From: Tissierellaceae bacterium
Lineage (GTDB): Bacteria; Bacillota; Clostridia; Tissierellales; Tissierellaceae
Assembly (NCBI GenBank): GCA_041655755.1
Contig: JBBAEY010000001.1
Location: forward strand, 13,389-77,388
DNA length: 64,000 bases
Direction of reading: 5' to 3'
The notes below the pieces were generated by a model, which had not been told where the DNA came from, made no database searches, and saw nothing but the letters and a program-made list of their open reading frames with translations. Of the stretch, positions 37,548 through 46,844 are shown piece by piece. Within the stretch, counting starts at the first letter, position 1, and every line of letters starts with the position of its first letter. A program made the position numbers and the translations under genes.

Positions 37548-38552
37548 CTATATGAATAATGATGAAATAGAATTAAGCCCATATCCTACAATTATTATGC
37601 CAAGTGCAGCTACCAGTATAAAGGTCCCCAATAGTTTTGGCTTGACTACCTTGCTTAGCATGACCAAGGATGGTATGGACATGGTGGTCACACCCATCAT
37701 AAAGGAAATTACCGTACCTATAGCTACATTTTTTGCAACCAGGGCCTCTGCTATGGGAATTGTCCCAAATATATCCGCATATATTGGTATGCCAATAAAG
37801 GTGGCTATTAAAACAGAAAATGGGTTCCCGCTCCCCAGTGTCCTTTCAATAATAGACTGAGGCAACCAGTTGTGGATTCCCGCCCCTATGGCAACTCCAA
37901 TCAGAATATATATCCATACCCTGTTAAATATTTCCTTCACCTGACTTTTTGCGAAATCAATCCTATCCCTATTGGACATTTCTTCAGCTTCCATCTCCCT
38001 GGATTCCACACCCCATACATAGGGCTCCACATCTTCCTTCATATCCAACATTTCAATTATAAGTCCGCCAATCACTGCAATAATCACACCTGTAGCTACA
38101 TATATTATTCCGATTCTCGCCCCAAATGTTGAGACTAATAATAAAAATGCTGCCAAATCAACCATGGGCGAGGCTATTAGGAAGGAAAATGTTGCCCCCA
38201 AGGGCAGGCCTGCAGATACAAACCCTATGAAGATGGGTATGCTAGAGCAGGAGCAAAAGGGGGTCAAGATTCCCAATAGGGCACCTAGTATATTGCCCTT
38301 TATCCCCCTTATCCCGCCCAAGAGCTTCCTTGTCCTCTCCGGCGGAAAATAAGATTGTATATATGATATAAAAAATATCATCACTGTCAGGAGTATAAAT
38401 ATCTTTATTACATCATAGATAAAGAAATGAATACTAGCACCTATTCTCGTGTCCATGGATATTCTAAATGCCTTTACAAGTAATAATTCCACTAAATCCC
38501 AGAGCCATCTCATCTTTAAAAACTGAGCATTTAACCAGGTAAATATATTCAT
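37548..38552 (-). CDS. Permease of the DUF318/ArsP-type family
   Basis: Polytopic membrane protein with the conserved 'TPFCSCSSIP' motif. Confidence 0.75.
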   Translation of the reverse strand: MNIFTWLNAQFLKMRWLWDLVELLLVKAFRISMDTRIGASIHFFIYDVIKIFILLTVMIFFISYIQSYFPPERTRKLLGGIRGIKGNILGALLGILTPFCSCSSIPIFIGFVSAGLPLGATFSFLIASPMVDLAAFLLLVSTFGARIGIIYVATGVIIAVIGGLIIEMLDMKEDVEPYVWGVESREMEAEEMSNRDRIDFAKSQVKEIFNRVWIYILIGVAIGAGIHNWLPQSIIERTLGSGNPFSVLIATFIGIPIYADIFGTIPIAEALVAKNVAIGTVISFMMGVTTMSIPSLVMLSKVVKPKLLGTFILVAALGIIIVGYGLNSISSLFI

Positions 38553-38580
38553 TATGCTACCTCCTATGCTTGTTTAGAGC

Positions 38581-39513
38581 TTATCTCAATTTCATTTCTT
38601 TGCCTACTATCCTTTCCCAGGCACTAAATATTGGCCTTATTATCTGGGCCCCTATCTTAGATATAATTACCAATTCAGATATATCTTCACCCTTGTCACT
38701 TGGACTATAGTCTATAGTCCTGTTGACGACATCTACTTGATTCCATCCATCCTGGAGTCTAAAGAAACCTTTTATCCTGTAGCTGTCCTCCTTTATGATA
38801 TTCAGAAAATCTGTAAGTTTTTCCTTGGCCAGCTCTCCCTCGAAAGTCAGGGTTAGGGTTTTAGGCCTATTTTCCGGGCTATTGCTGGTATCCTCATAGG
38901 CTCCCCAGTCATAAATCATCAGGTCCCTATCCAGAAAATCATAATCAATGACTCCATTGATTGATTCAACAATGTCTGCCCTATTATTTATCTCCCTTAT
39001 TTTTTCCTTTATTTCCTTCAGTTTTTCACTATGGATTAAATCTACCTTTGATATAATCACTAGGTGGCTAAACCTTAATTGTCTCTCTATGGTTTCCACG
39101 TCCCCTATCTGCTCTAGGAAATTGAGGCCATCTACTATACAAATTGCCCCACTATAGTCGTACACGTCTCCTTTTACAACCTCTACAGCCTCAAGAAACT
39201 CATCTATATTGGAGGGGTCTGCCAGTCCTGAACTCTCAACAAAGACATATTCCATATTCCTATCTGCCATTTCCACCAGTGCAGATACAAAGGAGAGTTT
39301 TAGACAGGAACAAAATATTGACCCCTTGTTCAACTCTACTAATTCCATCCCTTCCTTCTTAATTATGCTGCCGTCTATTCCCACCTTGCCAAATTCATTC
39401 ATTATTACTGAAATCTTCTTATCTTCCAAATCCTTTAACACATTTGTTAGAAAAGTAGTTTTTCCTGCCCCCAGAAAACCTGTAAGCAAGTACAATTTTG
39501 TCTTAGATAACAT
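38581..39513 (-). CDS. COG0523 (CobW/HypB/UreG-type) GTPase metallochaperone-like protein
   Basis: 'LLTGFLGAGKTTFL' Walker A and 'VFVESSGLADP'. 'FCSCL' stands where CxCC is expected. GGAGGA lies 7 nt upstream of the ATG at 39513. Confidence 0.8.
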   Translation of the reverse strand: MLSKTKLYLLTGFLGAGKTTFLTNVLKDLEDKKISVIMNEFGKVGIDGSIIKKEGMELVELNKGSIFCSCLKLSFVSALVEMADRNMEYVFVESSGLADPSNIDEFLEAVEVVKGDVYDYSGAICIVDGLNFLEQIGDVETIERQLRFSHLVIISKVDLIHSEKLKEIKEKIREINNRADIVESINGVIDYDFLDRDLMIYDWGAYEDTSNSPENRPKTLTLTFEGELAKEKLTDFLNIIKEDSYRIKGFFRLQDGWNQVDVVNRTIDYSPSDKGEDISELVIISKIGAQIIRPIFSAWERIVGKEMKLR

Positions 39514-39586
39514 ATATATATCCTCCATTTCAAACTTATTTTATTTAGTAGAAGGCTTAGGCTCTGCTATGGCCCCGCCTTCCATA

Positions 39587-40633
39587 CTATTTAAACCACG
39601 CTTTAGTATTGTTGGCAATTCTGACAAGGGTCAGCATTACAGGTACCTCAACCAGTACCCCTACTACAGTTGCAAGTGTTGCACCTGAATCGAGTCCAAA
39701 TAATGATATGGCAACAGCCACTGCTAATTCAAAGAAGTTCGATGCCCCTATCATGCCAGCAGGTGCGGCTATATTGTGTGGTAGTTTCCAGGCCCTTGCC
39801 CAAAAATAGGCGAGAAGGAATATGAAAAATGTCTGAATTATCAGCGGTACTCCTATTAATATTATATTTATGGGATTGTCTACAATTATTTGACCTTGGA
39901 ATGAAAATATAATTATTAGGGTCAGTAAAAGCCCTATAATGGTAATATTGCTGAATTTTGGGATAAACTCTTTCTCAAAGTATTCCCGTCCCTTATTCTT
40001 TGTTATAAGTGATCTGGAAATCCATCCAGCAGCCAAGGGTATAACTACAAACAATATTACAGATAAAAACAGGGTTTCCCAAGGTATAGATATATTACTC
40101 ATCCCCAGTAAAAGTGCTACTATGGGAACAAAGGCAATCAATATTATCAGGTCATTGGTAGCTACCTGAACAAGGGTATATGCAGGGTCTCCCTTGGTTA
40201 AATGACTCCATACAAATACCATAGCCGTACATGGTGCTGCCCCAAGAAGCACTGCCCCTGCAAGGTATTCCTTGGCTAATTGTGCAGATATTAGATCCTT
40301 AAATACTATATTGAAGAAAAACAGGGCAATTCCATACATTGTAAACGGCTTTATAAGCCAATTAGTAACCCATGTAATTATAAGCCCCCTTGGCCTCTCG
40401 CCTACTTTCCTTATACTGTTAAAGTCGACCTTTAACATCATGGGGTAAATCATTAACCATATCAAAACTGCCACTGGTACCGATACATTTGCATATTCGA
40501 AATTCCCTAAAAATTTTGGTATACCGGGTATATAGACACCAATAACTACGCCTATTATCATACATATCCCTACCCATATGGTAAGATATCTTTCAAAAAA
40601 ACTAATTCCTGATTTTAATTCCCTGTCCTTCAT
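39587..40633 (-). CDS. acr3: ACR3-family arsenite efflux transporter
   Basis: 'ISFFERYLTIWV' N-terminus and overall ACR3 topology. Confidence 0.9.
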   Translation of the reverse strand: MKDRELKSGISFFERYLTIWVGICMIIGVVIGVYIPGIPKFLGNFEYANVSVPVAVLIWLMIYPMMLKVDFNSIRKVGERPRGLIITWVTNWLIKPFTMYGIALFFFNIVFKDLISAQLAKEYLAGAVLLGAAPCTAMVFVWSHLTKGDPAYTLVQVATNDLIILIAFVPIVALLLGMSNISIPWETLFLSVILFVVIPLAAGWISRSLITKNKGREYFEKEFIPKFSNITIIGLLLTLIIIFSFQGQIIVDNPINIILIGVPLIIQTFFIFLLAYFWARAWKLPHNIAAPAGMIGASNFFELAVAVAISLFGLDSGATLATVVGVLVEVPVMLTLVRIANNTKAWFK

Positions 40634-40672
40634 AACTAAGTCACCTGTCCTTTGTTCAGTATTGAGTATAAT

Positions 40673-41005
40673 CTATAGCTTAGTCTTTGTATCTTTACCC
40701 CTATCTATGATTCTACAGATACAGTCTTCTTTTTCATTAAATGTGTGGGTTAGGAAGCCCAGCATCTCATGAAACTTTTCCATGTTTAAGGAATAGTAAT
40801 TGCAAATACCCTCTTTTCTGATCTTGACCATACCCAAGTCAGCCAAAACCTTCATGTGGTGTGAAAGCGTAGGTTGAGTAAACTCAAAGTGCTCTAAAAT
40901 ATCAAAGGCGCATCTCTCACCACAGGATAGGATATCGATTATTTTTAGCCTGTTTCCATCGGACAGAGCCTTAAACACCCTTGCCTTTTCATCATAATTT
41001 AACAT
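40673..41005 (-). CDS. arsR: ArsR/SmtB-family metalloregulator
   Basis: 'ALSDGNRLKIIDILSCGERCAFDILEHFEFTQPTLSHHMKVL'. Confidence 0.85.
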   Translation of the reverse strand: MLNYDEKARVFKALSDGNRLKIIDILSCGERCAFDILEHFEFTQPTLSHHMKVLADLGMVKIRKEGICNYYSLNMEKFHEMLGFLTHTFNEKEDCICRIIDRGKDTKTKL

Positions 41006-41021
41006 TTTTTTCCCTCCCTAT

Positions 41022-41070
41022 ATAGATAACCGTCTATATATAATATAGACGGTTATCTATGTGTTGTCAA
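41022..41070 (-). promoter_or_regulatory. arsR promoter (-35 TTGACA, 17-nt spacer, -10 TATATT) overlapped by a perfect 17-bp inverted repeat operator
   Basis: Minus-strand TTGACA is plus 41065-41070 and TATATT is plus 41042-41047. The inverted repeat is ATAGATAACCGTCTATA (41022-41038) / TATAGACGGTTATCTAT (41044-41060). Confidence 0.7.
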
Positions 41071-41123
41071 TAGTATTTTTAGGATCTTTTCCCTATTGTC
41101 CATATAGAATTTTTGAAATGGCC

Positions 41124-41180
41124 ACAAAAATACCTTGGCTTGATTAAATTCTTGCTCTTCCAATCAATACAAGGTATTTT
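41124..41180 (-). terminator. Probable prsA terminator (interrupted long hairpin + T-run)
   Basis: On the minus strand: AAATACCTTG ... CAAGGTATTT with an inner TTGATT/AATCAA pairing, followed by TTTTGTGG. Confidence 0.45.
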
Positions 41181-41206
41181 AAATCTGTGACTATTCTTTT
41201 TTTCTA

Positions 41207-42097
41207 CTAGGGATTCAACAGTCTATTGTCTATTTTATAATCCTCAACAATTTCTGCAAACCAAGTTTCATAGGCATAGGGAATCTTTTCTTCCAGTATT
41301 AGCTCTTTAATCTTTTCCTTGTTTTCATTCATATCTGCTTCCTTGGCCTCGTTTTTTCCCGTTACCATAATTATATGATATCCGAATTCAGATTTAACAG
41401 GTGTGCTAATCTCCCCAATATCCAAGCTAAAGGAGGCTTCTTCAAACTCCTTGACCATCTGGCCTCTGCCAAAGTAACCCAGGTCTCCACCATAGTGGGC
41501 ACTGCCGTCTTTTGAATGTTCCGCTGCCAAATCCTCAAAACTTTCCCCATTGGAAAGTTTGTCGTAGATGGCATTAGCTTCCTCTTCTTCATCTACCAGA
41601 ATATGGCTAGCCCTTACTTCCTCTTTCTGGGAAAGGTCATCCTTATAGTATTCAAAATATTCCTCAATCTCATCATCGCTTATGTCAATTGTCGGCATCA
41701 GCAGTTCCTTTATCTTAAGGTTCATATCTATGCTTTTCTTTAAGTCTTCTATGCTATATCCATAGTAATACATGGCCTCATAAAATGCATCTTCTCCGCC
41801 GGAACTTTCAATCATCTTGTCTATCTCTTCCTCTATTTGCTCATCTTCAATCTGAATCTTTGCCTTTTCAATTTCCTCATTTATGATTATCTCATTAATC
41901 AAGGATTCTAGGGTCTCTTGTCCCCCTTGTGCCACAAGTACATTGTACAAGTCATCCTTGGTAATCACCTTATCATTTACCTTTGCCACTATTTCTTCTT
42001 CGCTTTTGGTGCAGCCCGACACTGCCAAGGTAATAAGTATAATAGCTCCTAATATTAATCCTAATTTAATCCTTTTTCTACTTAATATCTTTATCAT
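41207..42097 (-). CDS. prsA: Parvulin-type peptidyl-prolyl isomerase lipoprotein (PrsA-like)
   Basis: Lipobox 'LAVSGC'. PPIase core 'ASHILV....FGYHIIMV'. Confidence 0.8.
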   Translation of the reverse strand: MIKILSRKRIKLGLILGAIILITLAVSGCTKSEEEIVAKVNDKVITKDDLYNVLVAQGGQETLESLINEIIINEEIEKAKIQIEDEQIEEEIDKMIESSGGEDAFYEAMYYYGYSIEDLKKSIDMNLKIKELLMPTIDISDDEIEEYFEYYKDDLSQKEEVRASHILVDEEEEANAIYDKLSNGESFEDLAAEHSKDGSAHYGGDLGYFGRGQMVKEFEEASFSLDIGEISTPVKSEFGYHIIMVTGKNEAKEADMNENKEKIKELILEEKIPYAYETWFAEIVEDYKIDNRLLNP

Positions 42098-42220
42098 ATT
42101 CAGCCTCCATGTATTTAATTTCGTTTTGTAAACTTAAATGAAAATTGAGCTATGGTAAATTCCTTTCCACATGGGTAGGAACTGCTAGTATTTCCTATTA
42201 AATCTGATAAACCCTATATT

Positions 42221-43048
42221 CTATATGTTTATTTCTAACAATAGGGGAGCATGATCCTGTCTTGGCCCCGAGTCGATCATTTCAGATTTTATCACCTTGT
42301 CTGCTATGGAGTTGCTAACCAACCAGTAGTCAATCCTCCAGCCAGAATTGTTTATCTTGCTGGTCTTGGCTCTCTGGGCCCACCAACTATATACTCCCTC
42401 CACGTCTCCGTGGATCTTCCTGAAGCTATCTGTAAATCCCTTGGCCAAAAGATTTGTAAATCCCTCTCTCTCCTCATCTGTAAAGCCAGCTGAACCACGA
42501 TTGCTGTCGGGGTGGGCTAAATCGATCTCCCTATGGGCTACATTAAAGTCTCCTGTTGCTATTACGGGCTTATCTCTGTCCAGTCCCTCTAAATACTCTG
42601 CATATTTTATATCCCAAATCTGGCGTTCCTCTAGACGCCTCAACCCATCTCCGGCATTTGGCGTATATACCTGTGTTAGGTAGTAGTCCTCAAATTCCAG
42701 TGTAATTATTCTCCCCTCTAAATCCATGGTAGTAGGTGCACCGATTTTTGGATAGGTGACTAGGGCCTCCAAATGATCTTTATATAGAAACATGGTCCCA
42801 GCATAACCCTTGCGTGCTGGCTCTACCGAGCTATTCCAAACGACCTTATAGTCCGGAAACCAATCTTTTAGGATTTCTGCTTGTTTCTTGCTAGGGCCAT
42901 TGCTTGACAGCTTGGTCTCTTGTAGTGCGATGACATCTGGATTATGGTCTCTAATCCTGTCTAAAACCTCCCTAGATAGGATTGCCCTTGCAGAATCAGA
43001 TGTCAATGCTGCATTTAATGAATCGATATTCCATGATATAAACTTCAA
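42221..43048 (-). CDS. xth: Exodeoxyribonuclease III
   Basis: 'KFISWNIDSLN', 'LQETK', 'TGDFNVAH', 'IDYWLVS'. GGGAGGA lies 6 nt upstream of TTG 43048; the track ATG at 43069 overlaps the SD. Confidence 0.9.
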   Translation of the reverse strand: MKFISWNIDSLNAALTSDSARAILSREVLDRIRDHNPDVIALQETKLSSNGPSKKQAEILKDWFPDYKVVWNSSVEPARKGYAGTMFLYKDHLEALVTYPKIGAPTTMDLEGRIITLEFEDYYLTQVYTPNAGDGLRRLEERQIWDIKYAEYLEGLDRDKPVIATGDFNVAHREIDLAHPDSNRGSAGFTDEEREGFTNLLAKGFTDSFRKIHGDVEGVYSWWAQRAKTSKINNSGWRIDYWLVSNSIADKVIKSEMIDSGPRQDHAPLLLEINI

Positions 43049-43416
43049 TATAAATCCTCCCTTCTCCATATTGCATAAAATTGATAGCTAGATACTGTAG
43101 CCTATCAATTTTTCTGTTTCCTACCAAATGTCTCCACTTGAGAATTTGGATTACCTGTATTGTACCATAAAGGTCGGTCTATTTTCTATTTTAAAATCAA
43201 CTTTCCTAAATTTCCTAGCTCATTGGATATAAACATTAGGAGACTAGCTGTTAAGAGAGGGTGAAAACATGGGTGGCCTACTGTCCAAGAAATGTCTCCC
43301 CTGTAACATAGGTGCATAGGTCTGGGAGAGAATGAAATTATATGAAGGCCTATTTTAGAATTATATCGCCTTTAATTCATATAGATTATTATATAGGATG
43401 TTTACGAGGTGATATA

Positions 43417-44958
43417 TTGTCTAGAAATAAGTTTATCCACGGTTCCATAATAATGATTCTAATGAATACCTTCACTAGGGCAATTGGATTTACCTATGAG
43501 GTTCTCCTGTCCAAGTCCCTTGGGGCAGAAGCTATGGGCTGGTTTCAAATTGCCATGTCTACCCTTATGATCTTTTTAGTATTTACCATTTCAGGTATAC
43601 CTAGCTCTGTTACCAAGCTAGTTGCACAGGAATATTCCAATGGCAATCAATACAATATGGAGAAGATATACAAGTCTAGCTTGTTTTTCAATCTATTCCT
43701 TGGGATATTCCTGTCTATAGGCCTTCTCTTGTCGTCCAAATTCATAGCCAGCAGAGTATTTAGGAATGGGGACTTATTAATGGAGGTTTATTTCTTGGCC
43801 CCTGCTATAATTATCATTTCCACCAGCAATATATTGAGAGCCTATTTTTATGGAAGGCAAAATATGGTTACACCCAGCATCTCTCAGACCCTTGAACACC
43901 TTGCTAGGTTTGTAATTGTTCTTGGCCTTCTATCTTATTTCTCTCCTCTTAAACCCCTTTACGGCACAATCATTGCCATAATGGGAATAAGCATTGGCGA
44001 ACTCATTGACCTGGCATGGTCACTTTTGTCAAAAAAAAGATTATATTATGCCAGTCCCCTGACCTGCAGGGAAAAATGGACTAGCTTGGAAGCACTATCA
44101 AAGGTCCTCTTGCTTGCCCTGCCCCTGACTATATTGGGTTTTTTTAATGTAGGTCTTAACTTTCTCAATGCCATATTAATTCCATCTAGGCTCATGTCAG
44201 CTGGATATACCAAGAGCCTTGCAGTTGCAAGCTTTGGCAGGATTACAGGTATGGCAATGCCCTTGATTCACTTGCCTTTTGTTGTGACTTCAGGTCTGGT
44301 GGTAAATATTGTACCTAGTCTATCTGAACAAATAGCCCTGAAAAAAAGCAGCAGTATGAGGGCAGATATACAGCTTGCTGTTAAAGTCACCCTCCTGGTC
44401 TCTATACCCCTAAGCATTTTTTATGTGGTGCTATCTGAGCCCCTTGCCATATTCTTGTACGATGACTTGTTGGTGGCTGGTTTTATAGGTATAATGGGCC
44501 CTGCTACTGCCCTCCTAGCCCTGCAGCATACCCTTTCCGGCATACTCTTTGGCCTAAATAGGCAGTTTCAGGCGACAGTTGCTAGGATGTTTGCCATGCT
44601 CCTGAGGGTCTACCTAATATACATACTAGTTGGAAATCCCAGATTTGAAATCTATGGATTTTTTATAGCTTTCTTTGTATCCAGTATCCTAACCCTCTTA
44701 TTTGACATGCTGATTTTAAGAACTGCTCTTCCCATAAGCTTCAACTATATTGATATGGTGGGTAAGCCCATCTTAGCCTCCCTCTTTGCGATAGGCTACC
44801 TAAGGTTTACCGTATTTGACCTGGAAAAACTAAAATATGTAAATCCAGCTAGCTTTGTATTTAGCCTTTGTGTGGCACTATTATCCTATATATTTATCCT
44901 GATGCTGACCAATGCCCTGCCTAAAAATCTACTGGAAAGAGTAATAAAGGGCCAATGA
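43417..44958 (+). CDS. MOP-superfamily flippase, SpoVB-like
   Basis: About 14 TM segments. The N-terminus 'SRNKFIHGSIIMILMNTFTRAIGF' resembles SpoVB/MurJ-type proteins. GAGGTG lies 5 nt upstream of TTG 43417; the track start was 43342. Confidence 0.65.
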   Translation: MSRNKFIHGSIIMILMNTFTRAIGFTYEVLLSKSLGAEAMGWFQIAMSTLMIFLVFTISGIPSSVTKLVAQEYSNGNQYNMEKIYKSSLFFNLFLGIFLSIGLLLSSKFIASRVFRNGDLLMEVYFLAPAIIIISTSNILRAYFYGRQNMVTPSISQTLEHLARFVIVLGLLSYFSPLKPLYGTIIAIMGISIGELIDLAWSLLSKKRLYYASPLTCREKWTSLEALSKVLLLALPLTILGFFNVGLNFLNAILIPSRLMSAGYTKSLAVASFGRITGMAMPLIHLPFVVTSGLVVNIVPSLSEQIALKKSSSMRADIQLAVKVTLLVSIPLSIFYVVLSEPLAIFLYDDLLVAGFIGIMGPATALLALQHTLSGILFGLNRQFQATVARMFAMLLRVYLIYILVGNPRFEIYGFFIAFFVSSILTLLFDMLILRTALPISFNYIDMVGKPILASLFAIGYLRFTVFDLEKLKYVNPASFVFSLCVALLSYIFILMLTNALPKNLLERVIKGQ

Positions 44959-44975
44959 TACTACTACTTGCCTAC

Positions 44976-45479
44976 CTATTTGAATTCATCAGCCAAATCG
45001 TCTAGTGCCTTACCTGTTACCCTGTAAACTGTCCATTCGTCCATAGCTACAGCTCCTATTGACTTGTAAAAGTCAATTGATGGTTGGTTCCAGTCGATGC
45101 ACCACCATTCAAACCTGCCGCAATTTCTTTCCTTTGCCAGTCTTGCTAAAAAAGCCAGCAGAAGCTTTCCATATCCCTTGCCTCTCATCTCAGGCCTTAC
45201 GTACAGATCCTCCAAATAAATCCCAGGCCTTCCCAAAAATGTAGAAAAGTTGTGGAAGAATAGTGCAAATCCTACTGCTTCCCCCTTGTACTCCCCTATT
45301 ATTACTTCAGCGGCCTTTCTAACAAACAGGGATTCCCTTAAGATTTCCTCTGTAGCGACCACTTCATGTAGAAGCTTTTCATAATCGGCTAATTCCTTGA
45401 TAAAATCCAGTATTAGGCCCAAATCGCTTTCATCAGCAAATCTAATTGTAAAATCCTCCTTGTAGGTTGTAATTTTCAT
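44976..45479 (-). CDS. GNAT-family N-acetyltransferase
   Basis: 'RGKGYGKLLLAFLA' acetyl-CoA binding motif. Start set at MKITTYK (45479). Confidence 0.8.
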   Translation of the reverse strand: MKITTYKEDFTIRFADESDLGLILDFIKELADYEKLLHEVVATEEILRESLFVRKAAEVIIGEYKGEAVGFALFFHNFSTFLGRPGIYLEDLYVRPEMRGKGYGKLLLAFLARLAKERNCGRFEWWCIDWNQPSIDFYKSIGAVAMDEWTVYRVTGKALDDLADEFK

Positions 45480-45553
45480 AGACTCATCTCCTAGTATAAT
45501 AATGTCATAGTCAATTGTGACTATGCGGTTAAACCTTTCTACTAAAATCTCCA

Positions 45554-46378
45554 TTATTCACTTACTGACTCATTGCCTTTATAACTTATCCAGTCGCTAT
45601 ATCCACCGGCATAATGCTTGGGATTGAGCCCCATTTCATCCAATAATAATATGCTGACAGAAGCAGTTATCCCAGAGCCGCAGTATACTATTATTTCCTC
45701 ATAATCTTCCAACTCTTTAAAGTATTCCCTAGCCTCATTTAGGGAAAGTAGTTCTCCATCTTTTATTAGATTTGCCCATGGGAAATTCAGTGCACTGGGT
45801 ATATGACCTGGCAGTCTATCTATGGGCTCTACTTCTCCTGTATATCTTTCATACGCCCTTGCGTCTACTATGGCAGCTGTATTTGAGCCAATTGCATCTT
45901 TCACATATTCCATATCTACAATAATTTCCTTATTTGTATTTAATGACAGTGAAGCTGATTTTTCTACTGCTGGTATTTCCCTTGTTATTTCCCCATTGAT
46001 ATCAATCCATTTATCGTATCCACCATCCAAGACAAACACCTTGTCCTTACCTATTAATTTAAGCATCCACCACAATCTGCCTGCCCTTGTTATATTGCCA
46101 TCATCATAAATTACAACTATAGAATTATCATCAATTCCAAAAGCTCTCATATCTTGGGTAAATGTTTCCAAATCTGGCAAGGGGCTTCTACCTCCGTGTT
46201 TGCTTGCCTCTTTTACCATTACATCATTAAAAGATACATATTGTGCCCCCTTGATATGCCCTTTATTATATAAACTTTGTCCACTTGCTTCTTCTATTTC
46301 CTCCCTTACATCCAAAATCACTAAACTATTCTTATCTAAATTATCTTTAAGCCATTTATGATTTACAATATTCTTCAT
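45554..46378 (-). CDS. Tandem-rhodanese sulfurtransferase
   Basis: Two rhodanese domains. Active-site loop 'CGSGITAS'. Confidence 0.85.
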   Translation of the reverse strand: MKNIVNHKWLKDNLDKNSLVILDVREEIEEASGQSLYNKGHIKGAQYVSFNDVMVKEASKHGGRSPLPDLETFTQDMRAFGIDDNSIVVIYDDGNITRAGRLWWMLKLIGKDKVFVLDGGYDKWIDINGEITREIPAVEKSASLSLNTNKEIIVDMEYVKDAIGSNTAAIVDARAYERYTGEVEPIDRLPGHIPSALNFPWANLIKDGELLSLNEAREYFKELEDYEEIIVYCGSGITASVSILLLDEMGLNPKHYAGGYSDWISYKGNESVSE

Positions 46379-46403
46379 TTATCATAGATCCTTTCACTTG
46401 ATA

Positions 46404-46481
46404 TCAAGGGGTATTGAAAACCCTTGTAAGGGAAGACCTTGTAAATCTAAGACTACCCATTGAAGATAAAATGCTTCCCAT
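46404..46481 (-). CDS. Candidate 25-aa small ORF / leader peptide upstream of the rhodanese gene
   Basis: GGAGGGG lies 7 nt upstream of the ATG. Peptide MGSILSSMGSLRFTRSSLTRVFNTP. Lies downstream of an extended -10 box. Not in the ORF track because it is under 60 aa. Confidence 0.3.
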   Translation of the reverse strand: MGSILSSMGSLRFTRSSLTRVFNTP

Positions 46482-46539
46482 GATATAACCCCTCCTCTAT
46501 TCCCGTCCTTAGATACTTAGCTACACTTCTTATATCTCA

Positions 46540-46548
46540 ATTATATCA
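46540..46548 (-). promoter_or_regulatory. Extended -10 element TGATATAAT (minus strand)
   Basis: Exact TGnTATAAT about 60 nt upstream of the small ORF. Confidence 0.4.
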
Positions 46549-46844
46549 TATATGAATTCTATATAAATAAACTTTTAACACCTTAGGTAATTATATGTGA
46601 TTGTAAAATGGAACCTATCATCTTATAAATAGGTTACACTGGATAGGACAGGTTTTTAGCAATATTGCAGTGGTACGAGAGGCAATTTAGGTTAAATACA
46701 GTTGAGAAATATGGAGGATTCAGTGATATTGTGGACATAATCAGGTATTAAATGACAGGAGGGATATCTAGAATTGGGGAAAGAATACAAAAATGGGTAT
46801 AATCATTATGATGTATATTTAAATTTTACAGGGAGTGAAATAAG

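Noticed and set aside
43085-43118. Hairpin TTGATAGC...GCCTATCAA followed by TTTTT, upstream of xth.
   Set aside because: The stem is imperfect, and no plus-strand gene ends upstream that it could terminate. It is probably a fortuitous or promoter-region palindrome.
43269-43319. 16-codon ORF (MGGLLSKKCLPCNIGA) with GAGGGTG SD upstream of the SpoVB-like gene.
   Set aside because: It is too short and has no supporting promoter or conservation evidence, so it could be a chance SD-ATG pair.
46560-46770. Tried to match the long spacer between the rhodanese and oxidoreductase genes to known riboswitch classes on both strands.
   Set aside because: I could not recognise any conserved riboswitch core by eye. 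This needs an Rfam/Infernal scan. Only the promoter and small ORF at 46404-46548 are reported.
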